This document shows positions 46,653-53,982 of a DNA stretch of 53,982 nucleotides, in pieces. The stretch is from contig PLND01000053.1 in NCBI GenBank assembly GCA_003141675.1, positions 6,153 to 60,134 on the forward strand, in the 5' to 3' direction. Numbering within the stretch: position 1 is the first letter of the stretch; each line of letters starts with the position of its first letter. Position numbers and translations under genes: made by a program. The notes beneath the pieces are model-generated. The model was not told the DNA's origin. It ran no database searches and was given only the letters and a program-made list of their open reading frames with translations. Source of the stretch: Anaerolineae bacterium. GTDB lineage: Bacteria; Chloroflexota; Anaerolineae; Anaerolineales; RBG-16-64-43.

Positions 46653-48992
46653 ATGAGTGATTATTTTCCTTCCCCCGAATGGTTGCAACAAATGCACTCC
46701 GCCGCGGCGGCTCCTTCCCCGCGGGATGAGTTCGTGCAAGGGTTGCGCGAGCGATTGGTGGCCCGCGGACTCGCATTCCAATCCCGAAGCAGAGTGCGCG
46801 CCCGTTTGGCGTGGGGGTTTGCCGTTGTTGCGATTTTGCTGGCGGCGGGTGTGCTGATCGCCGGCCCGCAGAACGTCGTCTCCGCCCTGCAAAAAATACT
46901 CGGCTATATCCCCGGCATCGGAATCGTCCAGGACGGTTCGATCCGCGTGCTGGCCGAGCCGGTGACCGTCACGCGCGACGGGATCACGCTGACGCTCGAA
47001 CAGGTGGTGGCGGATCCGACGCAGACGATTATCGTCTACAAGGCCGAGGGGCTGTCGGTCAAGGTTGCAAATTCCAATGGAGAGGGAGGGCCGCTGTGCG
47101 CCAAGCCGGAGGCGCTCCGCCTTCCCGGCGGGACCGAAATCGCCTTCACCGGAGGAGGGGGTGGCGGCGGTTGGGGGTCGGGATATCGCAGCCGGCTCGT
47201 CTACGGTGCCATGCCGCCGGATGTAAATGAAGGAACGCTTGCTGTTCCCTGCATTATGGACATGCCGCCGGGCAAAGCGCCGGAGGATTGGAGCCTGCCT
47301 TTCCGCCTCAAGCCCGCGCCGCCGGATTTAACCGTGATGCCGGTATTCGACCTGCCGACGCCGACCGTCGAACCCTCGCCGCTTGCGGCGACCGCAAGCC
47401 CGACGAAGGCTGAAACCTACGGGATCACGCTTTCGCTGGATCGGGTGATCACATTGGACGACGGTTATGCGCTGCTTGGCAGTCTGCGCTGGCACGACGA
47501 TCGATTGGCAAGCGCAGCCGGACCCATGCAGGCGATTGTCACGGATGCAGACGGGATGCCGATTCCCGTCGAGCAAGATTACGATGATTATGGAATGGCG
47601 CAGACCGTGGAACCTGGCGCCACCCGGTGGGCTTATCGAATCCAGGGTAAAGCATTTCATGGCCCGTTGACGTTGACGTTTCCCGACGTCGAAGCGTTCC
47701 TTCACAACCCGGTACCGATCCAATTCGATACCGGAGCAAACCCCCGCGAAGGGCAGCGTTGGGAGCTGAACCAATCGTTCCAGATCCTTGGCATTCCGGT
47801 TACGCTGCTCTCGGCCAAAATGATCACGCAAGGAGATATGCAGGGATTCGAGTTTGCCGTGCAGGCGCCGTTGGCTTTGCGCGCGCTGCAGCTCAACTTC
47901 GAAAAAAGCACGGGCTTGGTTCAAACGCAGGACAGGTGCTGCTCGAGCGGCGGCGGCAGCACTCCAAACCAGAAGGGCACCTTTAAAACCTACGCTCTCA
48001 CCGACTTCTCTCTGGTCGGAGGTCAAATCAACCTCTCTATCAATAATGTTACCTTGGCCGGTAGCTGGAACGTCACATGGAATCCGCCGGTCGTAGAAGG
48101 AGCGCCGACGGCGATGGCGCTCCCGCAGGTTTGCTTGACGGATGACAAGTGGAACCGACTGGCTGAAGGACCGGCGCTGCCTCTGCCGGTGGGACTGGGC
48201 GGAAAGATCCTCACCATGCGCGAAGCCGTGGCGCCCGATCCCTCGCTGTTTCTCTCCGGAGTGGACGGCAGCGGTGAAAAGGGATTGATCTTCGGCGATG
48301 GAATACTTTCACCCGATGGAAGCAAATTGCTTTTTGATCAGGACCAACGGATGTATATCCTCGATCTGGAGAGCGGCGTGAAAACCGCGCTCACGCCGCC
48401 CGGTGTGGATGGCATGCGCCCGGTGTGGTCCCCCGATGGCAAACATATTGCGATGACTCAATTCCTGGAAAATTATCACGTGGTGGTGATGAATGCGGAC
48501 GGGTCGGATCTGCACCGTGTAACCCGCGGGGTATCCATCGAGGAATCGGCTGGCTGGTCGCCGGATGGAAAACAAGTGCTGTATACCGTCCTTGGCGAAG
48601 GCGGCAAACAATACCTGAAGCTGGTGGATATTGATACGGGAGCGATTACAGACCTGTTCTCGATCACCTCAAAGGATCCGTCGCTGGCGCTTTCACCCGA
48701 CGGGCAATGGGTGGCGTATTTGGATCGCGGATTCGGGATGTTCGAGGCGAGCGTGTACGTTGCGCGCCTGGATGGATCGGACCGGCGCCTGATGGCGCAG
48801 CTGGACGCGCAGCCGTTCTTCGCCTATGGTCCGTTCTGGAGTCCGGACGGCAAATGGCTGGCGGTGAGCATCCAGGATGCGAACGCATTCCAGCCCGGTG
48901 ATCCGTCGATTGCGTTGATCCAGCCGGATACCTGCGAGGTGATTCCCCTGCCGGGAATAAAGGGTGAGATCCGTTCGTGGGTGCCGTCGTAG
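46653..48992 (+). CDS. Putative anti-sigma factor (DUF4179-like) with C-terminal TolB/PD40 beta-propeller
   Basis: Single TM then GYIPGIGIV; homologous blocks to 12595-14025; five (W/L)SPDG repeats. Confidence 0.72.
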   Translation: MSDYFPSPEWLQQMHSAAAAPSPRDEFVQGLRERLVARGLAFQSRSRVRARLAWGFAVVAILLAAGVLIAGPQNVVSALQKILGYIPGIGIVQDGSIRVLAEPVTVTRDGITLTLEQVVADPTQTIIVYKAEGLSVKVANSNGEGGPLCAKPEALRLPGGTEIAFTGGGGGGGWGSGYRSRLVYGAMPPDVNEGTLAVPCIMDMPPGKAPEDWSLPFRLKPAPPDLTVMPVFDLPTPTVEPSPLAATASPTKAETYGITLSLDRVITLDDGYALLGSLRWHDDRLASAAGPMQAIVTDADGMPIPVEQDYDDYGMAQTVEPGATRWAYRIQGKAFHGPLTLTFPDVEAFLHNPVPIQFDTGANPREGQRWELNQSFQILGIPVTLLSAKMITQGDMQGFEFAVQAPLALRALQLNFEKSTGLVQTQDRCCSSGGGSTPNQKGTFKTYALTDFSLVGGQINLSINNVTLAGSWNVTWNPPVVEGAPTAMALPQVCLTDDKWNRLAEGPALPLPVGLGGKILTMREAVAPDPSLFLSGVDGSGEKGLIFGDGILSPDGSKLLFDQDQRMYILDLESGVKTALTPPGVDGMRPVWSPDGKHIAMTQFLENYHVVVMNADGSDLHRVTRGVSIEESAGWSPDGKQVLYTVLGEGGKQYLKLVDIDTGAITDLFSITSKDPSLALSPDGQWVAYLDRGFGMFEASVYVARLDGSDRRLMAQLDAQPFFAYGPFWSPDGKWLAVSIQDANAFQPGDPSIALIQPDTCEVIPLPGIKGEIRSWVPS

Positions 48993-48994
48993 TC

Positions 48995-49020
48995 GTAGGG
49001 GCGGACCGCCGGTCCGCCCA
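48995..49020. repeat. GTAG-type REP-like palindrome
   Basis: GTAGGGGCGGACCGCCGGTCCGCCC. Confidence 0.6.
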
Positions 49021-49039
49021 TTTACTTATCGATCTGCCT

Positions 49040-50062
49040 CTAGGACGATTGCGGTGTGTCTGTCCTTGCTTCCTCGCGCGCCTCTTTCACCGATAGTCCC
49101 TCGCGCAGCATGAACCATGCGCCCAGCAGGGTGATCGGCAGCCAGAGCGCGGCGTGCAGAACGACGGTGTAGGCCGTGGCGATGGCTTTGTCAACTCCAT
49201 AAGCCGTCAATACGGCGATCCCGGCCGCTTCAAACGTCCCTACGTAGCCTGGCGCCGCGGGAATGGTGGTGACCAGATTGGCAATCCCGTTCATCAACAT
49301 TAACGCGAAGAAGGAGACGCTGAAGGCGAACCCGTGCATGAGGAACCAATACTTGCCGGTTTCCAGCAGCCAGATCACGATCGAGGTAAACAGGATCATC
49401 ACGGCGTCGCGCGGCGAACGCAGGCAGCTCAGCCCTTCGAGGAATCGATCGGCGAGGCCTTGGAGTTTCGGACGGAAGCGGGTGGGCGTCAGATGGGCGA
49501 TTGACCATGCCACGGCCCGGGCTGTGACCGCGGGGAACATGGCGGCCAGCAGGAAGACGAGGAGCGCGCCGAAGAACACGCCCGTGCCGACGATCGCCAA
49601 TTCCTGGATGGTCCCGGCCACGCCGGAATCCCCATTAAGTTTGGCCAGCTCCGGCAGATTGACGAACACAAAAAGCATCATCACCACCGCGTCGAAAATG
49701 CGCTCGATGATCACGATCGCGAGGGACGCGCTGATGGCCACGCCCTCCTTTTGCTTGATCACATACGCCCGCAGCAGCTCACCGGCGCGGGCGGGGTAGA
49801 TGTTATTACCCATGTAGCCGATGCAAACGATCGGGAAGAGCGTTCGGACTGATACTTTCTTGATCGGACGCATCATATAATGCAGCCGCCAGGCGCGGAC
49901 CCAAACTCCGATAAAATAGACACCGATGCCGGGGATCAACCACAGGTAGTTCGCGCTGCGCAGCGAATCCCAGAGCTGCGGGAAATTCTGCTTGGGAAGC
50001 ACGAGGAAATATATACAAGCGATGCTGATCAGTAGGCCGAGCCAGAATTGCCAGCGTTTCAT
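49040..50062 (-). CDS. Lysylphosphatidylglycerol synthase TM-domain / UPF0104 flippase-like protein
   Basis: RAWR, GYMGNNIYPARAGELLRAY, IERIFD and PAAPGYVGTFE motifs. Confidence 0.85.
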   Translation of the reverse strand: MKRWQFWLGLLISIACIYFLVLPKQNFPQLWDSLRSANYLWLIPGIGVYFIGVWVRAWRLHYMMRPIKKVSVRTLFPIVCIGYMGNNIYPARAGELLRAYVIKQKEGVAISASLAIVIIERIFDAVVMMLFVFVNLPELAKLNGDSGVAGTIQELAIVGTGVFFGALLVFLLAAMFPAVTARAVAWSIAHLTPTRFRPKLQGLADRFLEGLSCLRSPRDAVMILFTSIVIWLLETGKYWFLMHGFAFSVSFFALMLMNGIANLVTTIPAAPGYVGTFEAAGIAVLTAYGVDKAIATAYTVVLHAALWLPITLLGAWFMLREGLSVKEAREEARTDTPQSS

Positions 50063-50125
50063 GGAATAATCCGTGGAAATGAAATAAGATTGCTTAGGAT
50101 TGTACCATCCAGAAGAGGAAGCGGA

Positions 50126-50755
50126 ATGATGACGAAGCCAAGATTACTTGTTGCCACGACTAACGCCGGTAAGCAGCGCGAGTATCGCGAGCTGTTGCGC
50201 GAGGTCCCCGCCGAGATTGTTTTCCCGGGCGACCTGGGGATCGCGCTGGAAGTGGAAGAGGATGGCACAACCTTCCGCGAGAACGCGGCCAAGAAGGCTG
50301 CCGCGCTGGCGCGCGCGTCGGGCCTGCTCTCCCTGGCGGACGATTCCGGTCTGGAAGTGGACGCGCTCGGCGGGGAGCCGGGCGTGCGCTCCTCGCGCTA
50401 CGCGGGTCCGGGCGCAGATGACCCCCGCCGCCGGGAGTTTCTTCTCGAGAAGCTCCGCGGCATCCCGGCGCCGCGCAAGGCGCGCTTCGTATGCGTGATT
50501 GCGATCACCATTCCCGGCGGCGGGATATCTTTCGCCGAGGGCGAGTGCCGTGGGGAGATCACACTCACCCAGCGCGGTTCGAACGGATTTGGGTACGATC
50601 CGGTCTTCCAACCGGAAGGCCGGCAGGTGACGTTGGCGGAACTGCCACCGGACGAAAAAAACCGAATCAGCCACCGGGCCCGCGCCGCGGCGGCGGCCAT
50701 ACCAATCCTGCGCACGTTGCTTGATTCAGAATCCGCCCGGAGGGAACATCCATGA
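50126..50755 (+). CDS. rdgB: Non-canonical purine NTP pyrophosphatase (RdgB/HAM1)
   Basis: ATTNAGK, ENAAKKA, ADDSGL, GFGYDPVF and KNRISHR motifs. Confidence 0.94.
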   Translation: MMTKPRLLVATTNAGKQREYRELLREVPAEIVFPGDLGIALEVEEDGTTFRENAAKKAAALARASGLLSLADDSGLEVDALGGEPGVRSSRYAGPGADDPRRREFLLEKLRGIPAPRKARFVCVIAITIPGGGISFAEGECRGEITLTQRGSNGFGYDPVFQPEGRQVTLAELPPDEKNRISHRARAAAAAIPILRTLLDSESARREHP

Positions 50756-51669
50756 ACGTTGTCACCGGCTCCTTCGGTTTTATCGGACGCCATATCACCC
50801 AGCGCCTGCTTGAGCGCGGACAAACCGTGCGGACCATTACCACGCATCCCGACAAACCGAATCCGTTTGGAAGCGGGGTCGAAGCTTTCCCGTATGCTTT
50901 CGACTATCCGAAGGAACTGGAGGCTTCGCTGCGCGGCGCGGATGTGCTCTATAACACCTATTGGATCCGGTTCGAATACGGGGAAATGACGTACGCGCGC
51001 GCGTTGCACAACACAGCCACCCTCTTTGAATGCGCCCGGAAAGCGGGCGTGAATAAAATCGTCCATATCGGGGTCACCGGCAGTTCGGAAAGTTCTCCCC
51101 TGCCGTATTACCGCGGAAAGGCCGCGCAGGAACGGCTGCTGCGTGAGGCGGGCGTCCCGTTCGCCGTCGTCCGCCCGTCGCTCGTTTTCGGAGAAGGGGA
51201 CGTCCTGGTGAACAACATCGCCCGGTTGATGCGCGCCTTCCCCGTGTTCCCGGTTTTCGGGGACGGAAAGTACGAGGTGCAGCCGGTTCACGTCGACGAC
51301 GTGGCGGACATTGCGGTGGAATTCGCGCATTCCACAGAGCCCGCGACGGTCGATGCGATCGGTCCGGAGAAGTTCGCCTTCAAAGATTTCCTCCAGCTTG
51401 TCGCTGAAAACATCCGTCCCGGGATGATATTCCTGCCCATGCCGCCGGCGGCCGGGATCGCGCTAGGGTGGATGATCGGCCGGGCGCTGGGCGACGTCCT
51501 GCTAACCGCGGATGAATTGCGCGGCCTGATGCAGGGACTGCTTACCTCGCGCCAAAAGCCCAACGGGAAGATCGTTTTTTCGGAGTGGCTGCAAAAGAAT
51601 CGGGAGAGCATCGGCCGGTCGTACACATCGGAAATCAAGCGGCACTATGCATGGAAAAAGAGCGGGTAA
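50752..51669 (+). CDS. NAD(P)-binding atypical SDR / epimerase (NDUFA9-like)
   Basis: VTGSFGFIG, YYRGKAAQE, VRPSLVFG and QPVHVDDVA motifs. Confidence 0.85.
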   Translation: MNVVTGSFGFIGRHITQRLLERGQTVRTITTHPDKPNPFGSGVEAFPYAFDYPKELEASLRGADVLYNTYWIRFEYGEMTYARALHNTATLFECARKAGVNKIVHIGVTGSSESSPLPYYRGKAAQERLLREAGVPFAVVRPSLVFGEGDVLVNNIARLMRAFPVFPVFGDGKYEVQPVHVDDVADIAVEFAHSTEPATVDAIGPEKFAFKDFLQLVAENIRPGMIFLPMPPAAGIALGWMIGRALGDVLLTADELRGLMQGLLTSRQKPNGKIVFSEWLQKNRESIGRSYTSEIKRHYAWKKSG

Positions 51670-51806
51670 TCACCATAACCTACTTTGTACATCGGTGGAA
51701 TAACATTTTTCAGGGACAGGATTTAAAGAAAACCACTCCCGGCCTTCCCCTCGGAAAACCACCGAGGGTCCGACCACCCTCCCCATTCTGGGGAGGGGTC
51801 CGCATT

Positions 51807-52457
51807 TTATCGTTTCTTCGAAATCACACTCGCTATAGTAATATTGATTCTTTCAATTCGTTTGTATAATCCTGGCAGGGATGCGGAGTACGCTACCAAA
51901 TAATACAGCATCGCCAGGAAGAAATTATGCGCCAGCAGAAACAGCGCGCCCGATCCCAAGGTTCGAATCAGGAATGAGATTACCTCCGCACGGGAAAAAC
52001 CTCCGGCTTCCTTCCGTTTTCCCAGGGCAAACTCGATCACCGATGCAAGCAGACCGGCAATCACCGCGAGCGAAAGAAAATTCACCAGCGGCCAGGCCGC
52101 GGCTCGGTAGAGGGACCAGCATGCTTCGTCGCGCACATCCCCCAATCCGCGCGGATTCGAAAAGCGGACGGATGCCCAAGCGAGGATCAATCCCAGCAGG
52201 ATTGCCGCCGCTGCGCCGAGCGCCCATTCCAAACCCGTCTGACCCGTCAGGCCGTAATCCCGCGAGGAGATCCATCCAAGGAGCAGGCCGCCGTAGGGCA
52301 GTCCGGGGCTTTTAATCCACGGTGCCAGATCGGATATCCATGGAAATCGGTTGGCCAGCGGGGTAACCACCCGCGCGGGCAGGAAGCGGATAAACAAGGG
52401 GAGGAGACAGACCGTCAGGGCGAGGACCAAGCCGGGGAGGAAGGGCGAATTTTCCAT
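51807..52457 (-). CDS. Hypothetical membrane protein
   Basis: 216 aa with multiple hydrophobic segments; starts 7 nt after the kinase stop. Confidence 0.65.
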   Translation of the reverse strand: MENSPFLPGLVLALTVCLLPLFIRFLPARVVTPLANRFPWISDLAPWIKSPGLPYGGLLLGWISSRDYGLTGQTGLEWALGAAAAILLGLILAWASVRFSNPRGLGDVRDEACWSLYRAAAWPLVNFLSLAVIAGLLASVIEFALGKRKEAGGFSRAEVISFLIRTLGSGALFLLAHNFFLAMLYYLVAYSASLPGLYKRIERINITIASVISKKR

Positions 52458-52463
52458 TGTGCG

Positions 52464-53981
52464 TCAGGCGGGGGATTCGGCGACGGCGTCGGTCTGCAAG
52501 GGAATCCGCACTTGGACCCGCGTGCCTTTGCCGGGCGTGGAAAGGATCTGCAGGCTGCCGCCGGCCAGTTCGGCGCGCTCGCGCAGGTTCACCAGCCCCA
52601 GGCTGCTGCGTTCGGTGTAATGCTTCTCCACTTCGGCGAGGTTGAACCCGACGCCGTCGTCGGCCACTTCCAGAAAGAGGAAGTCGCCTTCGCGTTGCAT
52701 CCGGATCCAAACGTGCGAGGCTTGGGCGTGTTTGCGCGCGTTGCCGACCGCCTCGTCCACCAGGTTGAAGAGTACCCCTTGCCGGTTGATGTCGAGCTTG
52801 TCGGCGGAGCCGGCTTCCAGATCGATGTGGATATCCTGGTTGAAGGTATCGCGGGTTTTTTCAGCAAGCTGTTTGAGCGCGCCGCCCAACCCCTGGGTTT
52901 CGAGGACGAGCGGGCGCAGAGTGAACAGCATGTGCCGCATTTCCTTGGTGGCGCGCCGCGCGAGCTCCTCGATTTCGAAGAGCTCCTCGCTGGTAGTCTC
53001 CGGTTTGCGCTGCAACAAGCGCCGCGCGTAATTAACCCGCATGGCGATCGCCGCGGTGGCCTGGATCGGCCCGTCGTGCAGGTCGCTGGCGAGCTTCTTG
53101 CGCGCTTGTTCCTCCACCTCCACCAGCCGGTCGCGTTCCTCGCGCAGCGCCTGGAACAATTCCGCGTTGCGCAGAGTCGAGGCGGTCTGCTTGGTCAGGC
53201 CTTCGATCAGCTCAAGAAAGTCGCCTTCGAGGAAGTGCGGGTCGGGGTGGGCGAACAGCAGCGCGCCGCGGACTTCCTCCTCGACAACCATCGGCAGGAG
53301 AATCCCGGAGTGGCAGGCGTGCAGCGCCACCATCTGGGAAAGTTCCGGATCCTGAAGCGGGGCATCGGCCCGGGTGGGCATCCGCGAATGCAGAATGCGC
53401 GAGAGGGCGCCGGCTTCGCCGGGCAGGGTGGCGCGCAGATCGGCGCGTGTCAGGCGTCGCGCCGTGGCGATGAAGAATCCACTTTGATCGCGCAGAAGGG
53501 CCGCGCTCACCAGACGGCCGGTGGCGCCCTTCTCGCCGCTGCCCTCCGCGGCAAGGTCGAGTGCCGTATCTAGGATGCGCAGCGGCTCGAGGCTTCCGGT
53601 GATGGCGCTGGCCATGCGATAGACCGAGCGCACCAGCGTCTTGAGCCGGTCGAGTTCCTGGGTGAATACTTCGTCGCGCTTGCGGCGTTCGAGCGTCAGG
53701 CTGTGGTCCAACCGCCCGGACAGGTTGCCGGCGCCGCCGGCGATGATCATCAGCGGGATGCTCTCGATGAGCACCAGAGCGGCCGGGGTGACGTCCACCG
53801 TCGAGATTAAAAGGAAATATTGAAGGACGGTGAGCAGGCAGCCGGTGAGCACGCCCCAGATCGCGCCGAAGTAGATGGAAAAGGTGGCGGTTGGGAGCAG
53901 ACCAATCCAGAAAACCGCGCCCATCGAACCGCCGGTCTGTAAATAGATCGGCAGGATGAGGATGCCGTCGAGCAGCGCGAT
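52464..53981 (-). CDS. Membrane GAF-domain sensor histidine kinase (HisKA_3/NarX-like), 5'-truncated by the window edge
   Basis: EEQARKKLASDLHDG, EAVGNARKHA, DDGVGF, LGLVNLRERAE and GKGT motifs; frame open to the window end. Confidence 0.9.
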   Translation of the reverse strand: MALLDGILILPIYLQTGGSMGAVFWIGLLPTATFSIYFGAIWGVLTGCLLTVLQYFLLISTVDVTPAALVLIESIPLMIIAGGAGNLSGRLDHSLTLERRKRDEVFTQELDRLKTLVRSVYRMASAITGSLEPLRILDTALDLAAEGSGEKGATGRLVSAALLRDQSGFFIATARRLTRADLRATLPGEAGALSRILHSRMPTRADAPLQDPELSQMVALHACHSGILLPMVVEEEVRGALLFAHPDPHFLEGDFLELIEGLTKQTASTLRNAELFQALREERDRLVEVEEQARKKLASDLHDGPIQATAAIAMRVNYARRLLQRKPETTSEELFEIEELARRATKEMRHMLFTLRPLVLETQGLGGALKQLAEKTRDTFNQDIHIDLEAGSADKLDINRQGVLFNLVDEAVGNARKHAQASHVWIRMQREGDFLFLEVADDGVGFNLAEVEKHYTERSSLGLVNLRERAELAGGSLQILSTPGKGTRVQVRIPLQTDAVAESPA

Positions 53982-53982
53982 A

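Noticed and set aside
52512-53573. 353-aa plus-strand ORF
   Set aside because: Antisense shadow of the histidine kinase.

Overview
GC-rich bacterial chromosomal window. Chloroflexota/Anaerolineae is inferred from the Thr/Pro-rich lipoproteins, TolB-repeat lipoproteins, T-box and translin-like gene; this was not checked against a database. Most of the window is housekeeping and transport: an oligopeptide ABC operon (D-F-A-B-C order), an amino-acid ABC operon, ssb, alkD, thrS with a Thr T-box, tRNA-Val(GAC), ogt, prfB with its programmed +1 frameshift, ftsY, rdgB, two ECF sigma/anti-sigma-like pairs, three YfhO/GT-C-like membrane proteins and a truncated histidine kinase. The standout is an 8-gene minus-strand operon (15038-21640) encoding an apparently complete ubiquitin-like conjugation cascade: a GntR-HTH/E1 fusion, a membrane-anchored prokaryotic RING (E3-like) protein, a Ubl-E2 fusion, an orphan 86-aa ORF, a free Ubl ending in Gly, a JAB/MPN peptidase, a membrane protein with a degenerate FHA domain and a secreted, membrane-anchored VWA protein. 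It is preceded by a sigma70 promoter overlapped by a FadR-type palindrome, and several of its proteins share an R-[IV]-x-L tail motif. Intergenic regions contain several small palindromic repeat families, including a ~21-nt unit nested inside itself. No CRISPR array, rRNA, transposase or integrase was seen.
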